Positions 17,766 through 31,717 of a stretch of DNA of 64,000 nt are shown here, in pieces. The number at the start of each line of letters is the position of its first letter. The first letter of the stretch is position 1. The translations under genes and the position numbers were made by a program. This stretch comes from Salpingoeca rosetta (taxonomy: Eukaryota; Protista; Choanoflagellata), in contig JAWQFM010000002.1 in assembly GCA_033442325.1 (NCBI GenBank), positions 1,081,273 through 1,145,272 on the forward strand, read 5' to 3'. The notes beneath the pieces are model-generated. The model worked only from the letters and a program-made list of their open reading frames with translations, searched no databases and was not told where the DNA came from.

Positions 17766-18608
17766 TTCGTGTAGTGTGTGTGTGTTTGTGTGTGTGTGTT
17801 TTGTGTTTGTGTGTGTGTGTGCATTTGTCGTGTTCAGGAGAGGGAGAGCGTGAGATAGGTTCGAGGTGGAGCTGTGTGAGCAAACGTGAAAAAACGGTAT
17901 GCACCTGGTGGTCACGAGAAAATTAGTATTATATTTCTCATTTTTCTAGTCAAANNNNNNNNNNNNNNNNNNNNNNNNNNNNNNNNNNNNNNNNNNNNNN
18001 NNNNNNNNNNNNNNNNNNNNNNNNNNNNNNNNNNNNNNNNNNNNNNNNNNNNNNNNNNNNNNNNNNNNNNNNNNNNNNNNNNNNNNNNNNNNNNNNNNNN
18101 NNNNNNNNNNNNNNNNNNNNNNNNNNNNNNNNNNNNNNNNNNNNNNNNNNNNNNNNNNNNNNNNNNNNNNNNNNNNNNNNNNNNNNNNNNNNNNNNNNNN
18201 NNNNNNNNNNNNNNNNNNNNNNNNNNNNNNNNNNNNNNNNNNNNNNNNNNNNNNNNNNNNNNNNNNNNNNNNNNNNNNNNNNNNNNNNNNNNNNNNNNNN
18301 NNNNNNNNNNNNNNNNNNNNNNNNNNNNNNNNNNNNNNNNNNNNNNNNNNNNNNNNNNNNNNNNNNNNNNNNNNNNNNNNNNNNNNNNNNNNNNNNNNNN
18401 NNNNNNNNNNNNNNNNNNNNNNNNNNNNNNNNNNNNNNNNNNNNNNNNNNNNNNNNNNNNNNNNNNNNNNNNNNNNNNNNNNNNNNNNNNNNNNNNNNNN
18501 NNNNNNNNNNNNNNNNNNNNNNNNNNNNNNNNNNNNNNNNNNNNNNNNNNNNNNNNNNNNNNNNNNNNNNNNNNNNNNNNNNNNNNNNNNNNNNNNNNNN
18601 NNNNNNNN

Positions 18609-18661
<53 letters not shown>

Positions 18662-18676
18662 GCCTGCTCGCGTCAT
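17383..18676 (-). CDS. MRPL20: Mitochondrial ribosomal protein bL20m (L20), mostly hidden in N gap
   Basis: Last exon ~17383-17649 encodes ADVALNRKVLSELSIHEPRTFAALVEVAK (L20 signature LNRKxLxxLAIxEPxxF). Probable first micro-exon ATG ACG CGA GCA GGC G|gt at 18676-18661. The middle lies in gap 17955-18608. Confidence 0.8.
17955..18608. other. Assembly gap hiding MRPL20 exon(s)
   Basis: N run; (CA)n on the right flank. Confidence 1.
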
Positions 18677-18857
18677 GCTGCTTGTGCTGGTGTGGTTGTG
18701 GAAAGTTTGTGAAAACAGCACCCAATTATCTTTCGACGTGGAAGTTGATGACTTCTGCTCTGACTTCTTGCAACCCAAGCAAGCGGATACAAATCACACG
18801 CTGCAAGCCCTCACGCTCTTGCTTCAGTCTGTCAGCCTCCTCTTCACACCACCCGCC
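18677..18857. promoter_or_regulatory. Putative bidirectional promoter MRPL20/FAM185A-like
   Basis: Divergent ATGs 181 bp apart; contains the TTGTGGAA-N3-TTGTGAA-N8-CCAATT motif. The MRPL20 start is tentative. Confidence 0.55.
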
Positions 18858-19814
18858 ATGCTTGCCCTGGCTGTGGCTCGCTGTGGCCGTGCGCTGTGGT
18901 CGCACGCATGCCTCCGCACCCCGGCCTCCCTCTCGTCCTTTCGTACACTCCCCACCTCCGCCGCTGCATCCGCTGGAGCGGTGACAAAGGATTCCACTGT
19001 GTCGCAGTTTGCGACTGTGCGCATCAGCAGCTCCATCCCCGTTCACGTTCAGAGCCTGGAGCCTGCGCGCAGGCCAAGCGCCCTCAAGGAAGATGCTTCG
19101 GTGGACGACAGAACACGCGTGCACATCGAGCTCAAGTAAGAATCCACCCATCGTGTGCGTGCGTTGTGCGTGTGTGTGTATGCGGTGGCAACTTGCAGCT
19201 GCAAACGTGTGAGCTGTGCGCTGTGAGCTGTGAGCTGTGAGCTGTGCGCTGTGAGCTGTGAGCTGTGAGCTGTGAGCTGCGAGCCGCGAGCTGTTCTCTC
19301 TCTCTTGCCCCCTCTCTGTTTCCCTCCCCTGTCTTTGTTTCTCTTCTGTCCTTCTCCTGTCCCTCCCCATCTCTCCGGTTCTTTCCTCTCTCACGCACTT
19401 GTATTTATTGATTGCCTTGTGGCGAATAGGCCAGATCGTAGCATGCACGGTGGCTTGACACAGGACGACCTGTGCATCGACCACGAGGGCGAGAATCTCG
19501 TCGTGAAATGTCATCGCCAAGGCGCAACCCTCAATGTCTGGGTTCCATTTTCGTGTGGTATGTAGCTGTAGCTTTGTCTGCTTGTGCCGTGAATGTGCAA
19601 TGAGATGCCCGTTATTCTCTTGTTGCAGATCGGGGGAGGGCACTGTGTGCGCCAGTGCTTGTGTGTGTTTATGCGTACGCACGTGTTTATGCGTGTGTGC
19701 TTGGCGGTGACAATGTGGCGGACGCGTGCAAAGCCGCGAGTGTCCCTCCCTCCTCCTCCCGGCTGTGTCACCCTCTTACCCCAACGGCACCCAATTTGCT
19801 CCAACACTCACTCA

Positions 19815-19859
<45 letters not shown>

Positions 19860-19862
19860 ACG

Positions 19863-19897
<35 letters not shown>

Positions 19898-19921
19898 TCA
19901 CTCACTCACTCACTCACTCAC

Positions 19922-19980
<59 letters not shown>

Positions 19981-22221
19981 CACTCACACACACACACACA
20001 CACACACACTTTCTCTATCGTCAGGAGTGGATGCTGAGCTGAAGGAGGCAGACGAAAGCAGCAGCCCTGCCGACTTGATTGTGAGCAAGATGGAGGGCGG
20101 TGCCATCTCCTTCAAAACCGGCCGAGGTCTCGTCTCGTCCTGCCTTGTCTTGTCTTGCTTGTCGCACAACGCAACACTGCACTGTGTACAACACGTTTGG
20201 GCAGTGAGTGCGTGGGCGCCTGTACAGCCGTCAAAGCGTCATACCCAACACCAGCATCCATGCCTTGATGGTCACCTGGCGAGCGAGCGAGCGGTCATCG
20301 CCCACTCAATGAACTGTTGGCTCTCTTGGTCGTTTGCTCATTGGTCTGCTCGCCTGCTTACCGACTCCACCTGTTTGCCTTCCCTGCAACCTTCGCTTGT
20401 GCTTGCGCTGCAGGCTCGTGTTTCCTGGCGGGTGTGAAGACATCTGCTGTGAACGGCACTTCGGACGCCGGCAACCTCGTCATCGACAGCTTGCTCGTGT
20501 GTACGCTGCAGTGATATGTCAGTGCTCCTTGCCGCGCTTGCCCAGCGGTGTTGAGCATCGTCATCATTGTTGCTGCCATACCACCATGATCACCGCTCTT
20601 TACTCGCACTCCTTTACCGTAATCCCACCACCACCACCCCGCAACAACAGCAGTGGCAATAATCCTAGCAGCAATTGCAATTGCAACACTGCACAGCTTA
20701 CGCGTCTACCTCCTACCACGCACACACACACACACACAACACACACACACGCACACATACCAACAGGGGAATGTGAGCTATCAGAGCACGACTGGCAGTG
20801 TCTTTGTCCGTCGTGTGCAGAGCCAAGAAGTGCGTGGCGTGGGCATTGTTGCTGCTTGACTGCGCGTCTTCCAACAACGTGCTTGCATGCATAACTAACT
20901 AATCACACAGTACACCTCAGCTTGGAGTGCACCCACCCCTCATATGGGCGATCCAGCACACATGTCGTTCACATCCCACGCATTGACACACCTGTCCACC
21001 GCACGACCGCACAGTTTGACGTTGAGCTCGCGAGCGGAACTGCGTCTGTGGAGGCGCTGTATTCGGATGTGACGCGAGTTGCGACGGAGAGCGGGCACAT
21101 CAGTGTTGGCGACGCACACGGGCCGGGGTCCTATCGCTCAGACACAGGCGACATCACCCTCGGTTGGTTTCAAGCGCGCGCGCGTGTGTGTGCGAATGGT
21201 TGGGTGTGCGTTTGGTCATGTGTGGACGTTCGTGTGCAGGGGCGAGTGTGTGCGTAATTATGTGTGTTTGCACATGTGCATGGGTTTGTGTGTGTGTGTG
21301 TGTGTGCGTGTGTGTGTGTGTGTGTGCGTGTGTGTGTGTGCATGCAACTGAGCGTGTGCTCGTGCGTGTGTTTGCGACGCTGGTGCGCATGGAGCATGCA
21401 TCTGCAACACATTTACGCGTGCATCTCAATGTCACACCACAACGTTCCGTGACACGCCTCAGGCACGGTGGATGGCCCCATGGATGTGTGGACGCGAACT
21501 GGAAACGTGTTCATGCATGTCGCGCGCGCCGTCAACGGCACTGTCAACAGCGACTCAGGTATTGACAACACTGAGCAGATGAACCCGAGAGAGAGTGTGT
21601 GTATGAGTGTATGAGTGTGTGTGTGTGAGCATGTGTGTGTGTGTGTGTGAGCATGTGTGTGTGTGTGTGTGTGTGAGTGAATGGGACAGGAAGCAGAAGA
21701 AGTGCATGCATCGTCTGGGTTTGTTGAGACCTCCGTAGTTAGACCCATGTGTGATTTGTGATGAGCACCAACTCTGACCTTCATATATGATTCACTTCCA
21801 TCCAACCATCATGCACACGAACGAAATTATTTCGTCACCACAACTGTAGGAGCGGTTGAAGTGGCCTGAGGTGCTGTATTGCACGCGCCCCCACACGCGG
21901 CGGGGGGTGCACCCCAATGACGCCACCGCCACCACCACCACCAGCAACGGCAGCAACGGCACGGGACGACCACTGGCAACAACAGCGCTGGAGCTCCGGC
22001 GCAAGAGCGGGGGGAAGCACGATGGACGCCACGGCGAAATTGAGCTGCAGGTTGGACGCGCCATCACCGAGGACGTGCCGCACACGGGCACCATCACCGT
22101 CACGCACGCGCCGGGGAAGCTGGCCGTGAGCTGCGAGTCGTACATGCAGGCGGTGATGGGCAAGCGCCGCAGCATCATCACAAATATGCGCGCAGCGTGG
22201 CCGCAGCCGTCACGCACGTGA
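18858..22221 (+). CDS. FAM185A: FAM185A-like protein (DUF4097/adhesin-type beta-solenoid repeats) with mitochondrial-type presequence
   Basis: Arg/Ala/Ser-rich N-terminus [20 protein letters not shown]. About 8 exons with repeated T/S-x-x-G-x-(I/V)-x-(V/L) strands ([41 protein letters not shown]). [22 protein letters not shown] resembles FAM185A. Frame problem at the last exon junction. Confidence 0.7.
19209..19280 (+). repeat. (GTGAGCT)n 7-bp tandem repeat in FAM185A-like intron 1
   Basis: Directly visible. Confidence 0.85.
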
Positions 22222-22223
22222 TT

Positions 22224-22288
<65 letters not shown>

Positions 22289-22670
22289 ACACATGCGTGC
22301 GGATGTTCTTGGAAATGACATGTGTGGCTGTGTTTGCCTCAATTGTTGTGTTGCTGTCCCATACACACGGTTTATTATTGGCGCTTGCACACACACACAC
22401 ACAAATGCACAAATGCACAAATACACACACACACATACACGCAAACACACACAGTAATCGGTTACACTAAACCATGACACACTACAACCAAATGAGGACG
22501 GGTGGATGGCTCAACTCAGACCTACCATAGTTAGTCATGAAAGTCGTTGGACAGGCAGGCAGGCAGACACACATACACAGACATACAAAGACATACAAAG
22601 ACGTACAAAGACACCCCCCCCCACACACACACACACACAGAGGCCCAGCCAGCCTGCGAGCGCTGCTGGA

Positions 22671-25600
22671 TCACTTGTGGTCGTCGTCGTCACCGATGAG
22701 ACGGGTGAGGAGATGGTCGCCAGGCTCCTCCGGCTGAAGATACCTGTGATAGCCGCAGCGGTGGTGGTGATGGTGGTGATGGTGAGGAAACAAGGCCGGG
22801 TGAGTTCATGGTGTCATTCTCCTAATGAAGCGCAATGAAACACAACACAACACAACACAACACAACACAACACAACACAAAACAACACAACACAACACAA
22901 CACAACACAACACAACACACGCACAGAGCACAGCACGGCATAACACCCCTTGTCCTTTTCCTCAACGCACTTATCAGCGAGGAAGGAGCGCTCTGCCAAG
23001 ACGCGTGTGAGCTCGTGCGGGGCGAGTACGGGCCGCGCACTGCGGAGAAAGTTGACCAGCTTCACCCTGCTGTAGAAGTCAAGGCGATGCTTTGCCATGA
23101 CAGCAAGCAGGTCGCACCCGTGCACCTGGCGCATGTGTCGCAGCACGTGGTCCGGGTGCATGCACACGGTTGAGCAGAACAGGCACGATGTGGGCGCCTT
23201 CTCGCTCTCCAGCCACGTGCGCCACTCCCCTTCATCATCACCACCATTGTCATCATCGTCGTCAGCACCACCACGGCGCTGAATGCGGCGGTGCGCGGAT
23301 CCCCCGTGCCCGCGCCAACTGCTGCTATTCACAGCACCTCGCTCGCGACCGTGCCCCCATCGCTGCCGCTGCCCGCGCTCGCCACGCCCTTTTCCTTCCA
23401 TTTCCATTCCCTTTCGCGTCACGGCACCAGTGTCACCGCGTGGTGCTGATGTCTGCGCAGGTGCTCTGGCAGCCGCGACTGATGCCAGAGCTGCATCCGC
23501 GTCGCCAATGCTCCCTGCCTGTGTCGGCTCCCCTACTGCCGCTGTACAAGCTGCACAATCTGTAGCTGGTGCAGTGGCCGTTGTGCTTGTCGCGGTTGTG
23601 CTGGTTGTAGCAAGCGTGCTGGTTGTGGCTGGTGTGCGCCGCCAAGCACCCTCGTCTCGCTGCTCGCTCCGTGGTGGTGCGCATGTGTCCGTGTGTGAAC
23701 CAGTCTCCGCCCCGCTTTCCGTCTCACCACCACTGCCATCATGATGCTGGTGCTGGTGCTGGTGCTGGTGGCGTTGCCTGCGTTTCTGCTTGGAGTGCTG
23801 TCCGCTCTTTCCCACACGCTCCCTCTGCATCACCTCATCATCATCCGTGTGCCCCTGGTGCTGCTTATGGTGTTGGTGCGGGACACGAGCAGCCGGTGAT
23901 GACGACGATGACGACGGCGTCGCGTGCTGGTGCGATTTGCCTCTGCCTCGCTGCGTCTTGTGCTGTCTTTTTCTTCGCCCACTGCCCCTGCGACTGCCAC
24001 CACCGCTGCTACTGTTACCGCCGTCACTCGACTGGGCGCCGTCGGATGTGCCGCCTCCATCACCATCGTCGTCAACAATTGTCTGCCACGGCGTCCCGGG
24101 ATCCTGTGCACAGCAGCGGCGTGTGAGTGAGTGAGTGAGTGAGTGAGTGAGTGAGTGAGTGAGTGAGTGAGCGAGTGAGTGAGTGAGTGAGTGAGTGAGT
24201 GAGTGAGTGAGTGAGTGTGTATGTGTGTGAGTGTGTGCGTACGTGAGCGAGTGTGTGTAAGTATGTGTATGTGTGTAAGTAGGTGTATGTGTGTAAGTAT
24301 GTGTATGTGTGTATGTGTGTATGTGTATGTGTGTGTGTGAACGTGTGTGTGAATGTGTGTGTGTGTGTGTGTGAGTGTGTGTGTATGTAAGTATGTGTGT
24401 GTGTGCGTGTGTGTGTGTACTGTCGTTGGGCAGTGGAATGTGGCACAGCCGTTCTGTGGCACAACCGTTCTGTGCCGCTCACGCTCTCTTCCATCCCCCG
24501 TCCCGATTCCCCACAGTTCCAACGTCCAATGCGCGCACCGTGTAAGTGATGATGTAGTGCTCGTCAAAGGTGTGGTCGTTTGGGTTGAGCTTGTAATGCC
24601 TCTTCTTGCGGAGATGCGCCTTGAACTTTGGCCAGTCGTCAAACCGCTTGCAGCAATACGGGCAGATGCGCTCGCACACGCGTGCCTGTTTGCACAGAGA
24701 CACCCGACAGCGGCAAGGTGGAGGTGGACACACACATGTGGTCAGAGGGCGAGGCTGGCCGTGACGCAAGCATGGGCACACACGCACGCACACATGTGAA
24801 AACACACACACACACACACGCACGCACGCACACACACACCACGCACACGCACACGCACACACTCACCTACACACGCACACACATGCGCACACACATGTGA
24901 AACAAAGGGTGTAGCGAGCAACCAGGATTGGGAATACGTCCTGCTCCCAACGCACAGCAACCCACCTCAATTTTGTCGAGCAGCTGGTGGATGTGAACAA
25001 TGTTGTCTGGCAATCCGATGTTGAAATGGTGGCGGGAAAACAAGTGCTGTCAAGCATCCACACATGTGTGTGGGTGTGGGTGCGCGTGTGTATGGTGCGT
25101 GGATGAGACGAGGCAATTCTAACACGAGTTTCAAGTGCGCAGAGCCAAGCGACATGCCAAACGATGCACAATGCGCCCATCATCTCCATATGAACACGGT
25201 CAGAGGACAGACATGCAGAAGAAGAGGCATACGCTCACACAGGGTATCCACACATTGACAAACACACGCATACCGCGGCACAATCACTCATCAGTACGCA
25301 AATACACACACACACGCACACACACGTCGAGAAAGGGGCGAACGCCATCGATGGGATCAGCGTCCTTGCAGAAGAAGCAGCGCCGAGAGAACGGCTGGCT
25401 GCGTTCAAGCCGCTTGCACTCCAGGACTTGTTTCTATCGCCGTCACATGCATTGGTAGGGGATAAGTTGGCGCCAACGTGAGCACTGCCTTGAAAGGGAA
25501 GGGCGGAGGAACACCATGTGAGTGGATGCAGCGCGCCAAGCGAACAAGCACCAGTTACACGCCGTACATACAAGCCGCTTGTCGTTGAAGAGCTTGCGTA

Positions 25601-26231
25601 GCCGGATGTCAGCAGCAGATCCCCCGAGCATGTACAACTTGTCTGCGCACAACATGAGTCCAGCAGCACAAGCGAATCAGTGTAACGACAAACGCCAGTT
25701 CATGCAAAGGCAGCTTGTCCCCCCCACACACACACATATATACGCACACTTATGCAGCTGTAAGTTTCCTTGGGCAACGCTTCAAAAACACAACACTACC
25801 TTCTGAAGCGTGGATGGGGTCGTCTGAGGGAGCTGTTGCTGCTGCTGTTGTTGCTGTTGCTGAGGGCTGTGTGCCGGTTGACTGTTGTTTCGCCGTTTCT
25901 GCTTCGGAACGCTGCAGAACAGAGCACATGGCAGCCAAAGGCGCCGTTGAGGCTTGCTGCTCCTGCTGCAAGTACGCCTTCCGATAGTAGCTCAAATACC
26001 TGCCCAGCAAGCAGTCCAAACCGGCACGTTAGGCTTTCTTGACAGACGTGCGGCGCACGTTACGGTTCATGTGCGGCACATGTGCGGCACACGCACAACT
26101 TCTCCACCACAAACCCAAGCACACACACACAAGCACACGCACAGACACACAAGCACACACAAGCACACACGGACACAGACACACACAGACACACACAGAC
26201 ACACACACAGACACACACACACACAGACACA

Positions 26232-26278
<47 letters not shown>

Positions 26279-26510
26279 GCACGTCCAACCCCCCCCCCTC
26301 TCTCTCTCTCTCCAAACCGTTTGCAACTCACTCTGGCAGGTTGGAGATTTTGTGGACATCGTTGATGACCAAGGAGTGGGCACCAAGCATATGCACCAAG
26401 ACCTGTTCCCGCGGTCCACAATGCACTTGGCCACACACGACACACACATGCACCTCCGCTGCGCGCAACGCGCATCCAGCACACCCGCCGCCGCCTTCTC
26501 TGCCGGCCAT
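22671..26510 (-). CDS. ZNF277: Zinc finger protein 277 homolog (C2H2 jazz-type fingers)
   Basis: [119 protein letters not shown]. Block order and motifs match ZNF277. Confidence 0.88.
22841..22920 (+). repeat. (CACAA)n pentanucleotide repeat in the last ZNF277 intron
   Basis: Directly visible. Confidence 0.9.
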
Positions 26511-26705
26511 GCCGAAACTTTATGCGTATTTTCAACCAATCGCCAACAATCATCATCGCCCCTGTTCGAAGGACTGCCCACCATCCATTGCTTGGTTGTG
26601 TTGGCGTTGCTGCTGTTTGGATTGTTTGTTTGAACCACATACAGCAACCAGCAGCAGCAGATTCCTCGTGCCTCAAACCCTCCTCGCGCGCGCTGGTTGA
26701 TGTGA
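26511..26705. promoter_or_regulatory. Putative bidirectional promoter ZNF277/NEDD4
   Basis: Divergent ATGs 195 bp apart; CCAAT at ~26536. Confidence 0.6.
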
Positions 26706-27521
26706 ATGTCGACGATGCTGAAAGGTGGAGAAACAGCAGGCCCAAAGATGGGCCCACCGCTGCTGATTCAACCGGTGAGAAAGGCGAACACGCCGTCCGT
26801 CATAGCTTCTGTGGCCTTTTGTCTTGCTTGTGTTGTGTTGGGTTACGTTGCACGTCAAGCTGCACGTCACCGTGGCTTACACGTTCATGCTCGTTAATTG
26901 GGGGATCTATTGCATGGTTGCAGAAGAGCGCCTCAGACCTGGTGAAGAAGAGCCGGCTGGGCGTGGCTGAGCCGTACGTCGTGGCGAAGGTTCGTGTGTG
27001 TTCTCTCTTTCCTAGGTGTGCTCTCTTTCCGACGTGTTCTCTCTTTCCAACGTGTTCTCTCTTTCCAACGTATTCTCTCTTTCGTGCGTGTGCTCTCTTT
27101 CATGCACACACACACACACACATGCACACTCGCTCTGCTCGGGCAACTCCATACATGATCGCCATCCACGACCGTGTGTGAGAGGTGTACGCAGATGTTC
27201 CCCTCCCCCCAACGCAAACTCTTACTTGGTTGCCCAGCAATCATTCTTTGTTGATGTGGTAGAGTGCTCCGCTGACGTTCAGCATTCTGTTTACCCATCT
27301 TGAGAGCATGATAACAAACCTGCCGCCTTGTTACACACACACACATACACACACACCTGCTCTGTGCTTTGTCGCTGTAGTTGACACAAGTTGACCCAAT
27401 GGTTGTGTCGAAGCCCTCCATGTGTGGAACTCGCGCCCGCACACGACATGCCGTAGGATTGAACCCAACGGTGCGTGCATGTTCGTATGGGTGATGGCAT
27501 CCGTGTGTGCTGCCTGTGTGC

Positions 27522-27575
<54 letters not shown>

Positions 27576-29997
27576 TGTGTGCGTGTGTGCTTGTGTGCGT
27601 GTGTGCTTGTGTGAGAGGGCCTTGAGGGTCCTCCTATCTTTTGTGTGTTTATATTCTCCTCGCATGCGAATTCGTGGCCTCTTACATTCACTCACGCTCA
27701 TCCTATCGGCCCACCTTGCGACAAATTTGCTTGTGCGTTTGTTTCCTCACCGCATACTTTTGGTCTTCATTCGCACGTGCTGCAGTGGGACGACGTGCTG
27801 CAGCTCAACTGGAAAGTCGAAGGCCACATTGATGAACACAACGGCCCGCACTACTTCCTCCTTCTGCAAATCTTTGACAGACATCGCCTTGGCCGTGACA
27901 GCTTCCTCGGACAGGTCTGACACACACACGCACACACACACACAGACACACAGACACAGACACACACACACACACACACACACACACAAGCACACGCACA
28001 CACACACGCACACGCCAACGGCGCTGCAATGCAGTCATGTCATGACTCTTCCAACAGCAGTGTCCATATGGTTGTGTTCGTGCACTGAAGCCCACGTGAA
28101 ACTGAGCACAGATGACAGGCACATGCACACACAAGCACACGTGCAACTATCATCACACACTCATACACGCCCCATGTTTGCGCCTATGCCGCTGTGCTTC
28201 ATGGTAGGCGGTGTTGAATCTGCGACTGCTGCCCCCGAGTGCACGCTCCTTCTCAGACACGCCCGCCGTGCTGAACATTCCCCTTCGCCCGCGCACAAGA
28301 AAGCAGCGCGTCAGCGGCCACCTGCGTGTTGCTGTCGGCTATGACCTGGGCGCTGTAGGTGGAGGCGCAGGCAAGCGCACGACAGCAGCGACGAAACGCG
28401 GCCAGCCCGAGTCGTTCTCGGCGTCGCCAGCAGCCACAGCGCACGCACAGCCGCTCGATCTTGGCTTTGCAAAGATGGTGGGACATGCGGAGCCATCGTC
28501 CGCAACGACTCACGCACGGGATGGCCGCGATGACCGCAATGGCAGCGGGACGGCGACTGGCGGCACCGGTGCTGTCTCATCAGCAGAGGCGGCCAGAGCA
28601 GCAGCGGAAGACGCAGTGGAACTGGACGAACCATCCACAGATGACGCAATCGAGCAACGCCCCCTGCCTGAAGGGTGGGGCACGAAGACAGACCGCCAAG
28701 GCCGGCTCTTGTACGTGAACCACAAGCTGCGGCGCGTGACATATCGCCACCCACTTGATATCCGCCGCTCAAGCAGAAGAACCAGCAGTGGAAGCGCGCG
28801 CATATACTGCGCACAAGTGTCGCCGCACCCCCGTGGTGACACGGGTGATGCAAGCGACACGTGTGAGGACGACGTGTTTGTGCAGGTGGAGGAAGTGCCG
28901 ATTGCCACGACCACCACCACGACCACCACCAGCAATGACGACGAACATACACGTGCACATGACGCATCACACGGAAGCAGCGCCGGGCGCGGTGTCAACG
29001 ATGTGAGCAGCGCCGATGGCCGAGGTGGCCACGACACCAGCGATGAGCAAGGTGGCCGTCATGCAAATGACGATGGCGCTGCGGTGGAGTCGTCGACGTT
29101 TTCTGTTGAGGACGCGCTGCCGCCGGGCTGGGTCAAGTCCAAGACGGCCACGGGCAGGTGCGAAGTGTTTCGTTCGTGTGTGTTTGCGTGTGCGTGTGTG
29201 TGTGTGGGCGGGGTTGTGTGTGTGTGTGTGTGTTTGCGTGTGTGTGTGTGTGTGTTTTCTTTGACAACTCGGCTGATTCCCCTGCGTGCTGCGGTGCTGT
29301 GCACGCCCACACCCCATTCTGGTTGCCTGCAGGGTGTTCTTCATTGACCACAACACGAAGCGAACAACCTGGGATGATCCACGCACACATTACCGACGTA
29401 AGCACGCCACAACATATTTGGGGGGGGGGGATAGCGAGCATGTCAGGGGTGCACGCACACGTCAGTTGCAGTTGCATCGTAGTGAAGAACGCATATTTAC
29501 AGTCAGGGTGGGATTTCTGTTTCTGCATTCTTCAGTGCTACCCGCACGTTGTTTCTGTCCACACACATTCACACACACACACACACACACTTGGCTCCTC
29601 CTTCTGTCACACACACACATACACATATGTGTGCGCAGGGATGGGTGTTGGTGAGAATGCGGTGAACTTGCCGCGCGTGCGTCGGTTGCAGCCAGCGGAC
29701 AGCCTGTCCGATTTGGGCATGCTCCCTGCCAAGTGGGAGGAGCGGCAGACAGAACGCGGGCGGCGGTACTTTGTGAACCACCGAACGCGCACGACGCAGT
29801 GGGAGGACCCGCGCACTGGATTGCCGCCATCAACGGCCGACGCGGGCGTGAGCGCCATCTTCTCCCAGGCGTTTGTGGACAAGAAGCGACACCTCCACTC
29901 GCTCATCAAACGAACGAGACCACGTGGCAAGGTGTGGTGTGGTGTATGTGCGTGTGTGTGTGTAGTGTGTGTGTGTCGTGTGTGTGTGTGTGCGTGC

Positions 29998-30066
<69 letters not shown>

Positions 30067-30342
30067 GTGTGTGTGTGTGTGTATTTGCTGGCATGTCGGT
30101 AGTGGGCGGGCATCTGCAGTCAGCCTTGGTGGCCGTTGTGTGAGTATTGCCGAGCCCATCTCCTCACACACATGCATTCTCGCGCGTGCGCACGTGTGCA
30201 GTGCGACATCAGCGTGAGTCGCAGCCGCATCTTTGAGCAGTCGTACAGCGCCGTGCTCGGCATGTCCCCTGACCAGCTCCGCAGGGAACTCAGGATCACC
30301 TTTGAAGGTGGGGCTGGCTTGGGGCGCGCGCGTGTGTGTGTG

Positions 30343-30381
<39 letters not shown>

Positions 30382-31637
30382 GTGTGTGTGTGTGTGTGCG
30401 TGTGTGTGTGTGTGCGTGTGTGTGTGCACACATGCGTCTGTTCGCGTCTCTCCTGTGTGTGTGTGTGTCTTCATGTGTCTGTGCGCGGCTGTGTGTTCCT
30501 GCATCTGTGTATGTGTCTGCTTGCTGTGCTTTGTTGTAACGTTGGGTCACATGAGCACGTGCTTGGCGTATTCCTTCGTTTGCGTGTGTTGTTGCGTTTA
30601 CGGTAACGCCAGAGGAGCGCGGCCTTGACTTTGGCGGGCCGACGCGCGAATGGTTCTACCTCCTCAGCCACGAAATGTACGTGTTGCACACACACACACA
30701 CTGACATCCATGTGTGAGCCAATCAATGCGGTTCTGCGTTGCGCCATGGCCTCATCCCGCCCCCTCCCTTGTTCCCATTCCTACTTCACAGGTTCAACCC
30801 GTACTACGGGTTGTTTGAGTACAGCGCCGCCGATAGCTACACGCTACAGATGAGTCCCACCAGCAGCGTCAACCCAGACCACCTGCGCTACTTCCAGTTC
30901 ATCGGGCGCGTTGTTGGCATGGCCATCTACCACGGCAGGCTGCTCGACGTCTTCTTCATCCACCCTTTCTACAAGGTGTGCTGTGTGTCGTGTATATGTG
31001 TGTGTGTGTGCGTGTGTGTGTGTGTGTGTCGTGTGTCGTGTGTCGTGTGTCGTGTGTGTGAGTGTGTGTGTGCGTGCGCGCGCGTGTGTGCATGTATCCC
31101 ACGGTCTGGTTGTTCGAAATGCCTCATAACCCGCGACCATCGTCATCACCGCCACTGCCACCACCAGATGATGCTGCGCCGCCACATCGCGCTGGCCGAT
31201 GTGGAGGTGGTGGATGCAGATTACTACCGCTCTCTTCAGTGGATCCTTGACAACGACCCAACCCAACTCGAACTCACCTTTGAGGTCCGCAAACGCACAC
31301 ACACACGCACACATGTTCACATGTTCACATTCAATGCCTGTGACACACGCACACACACACACACGCACACACACATGCACACACACATGCACACGCACGC
31401 ACACATACTCTCTTAACTCCAACATTCAACGTTCCCGCTCACCATGTGTACTCGGTTTTTTGTGCGTGCAGGTTGATCGTGAAGAGTTTGGAACGGTGAC
31501 ACATATTGAACTCAAGCCTGGTGGTGCCGACATTCCCGTGACGCAAGACAACAAGGAGGAGTATGTGAACCTTGTTGTGAAACACAAGTTTGTGGACCAG
31601 GTCGCCGCACAAATGGACGCGTGAGTGCTCATTGATT

Positions 31638-31717
<80 letters not shown>

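Noticed and set aside
17915-17954. AT-rich stretch atypical for this genome (possible insertion end)
   Set aside because: Abuts an N gap; most likely a low-quality read end.
21867-21869. In-frame TGA as selenocysteine or readthrough in the FAM185A-like gene
   Set aside because: A second TGA follows in the same frame, the plausible C-terminus is in another frame, and no SECIS was recognised.
18858-26510. FAM185A and ZNF277 neighbours, both on human 7q as I recall
   Set aside because: They are megabases apart in human; one pair cannot establish ancient synteny without a genome-wide test.
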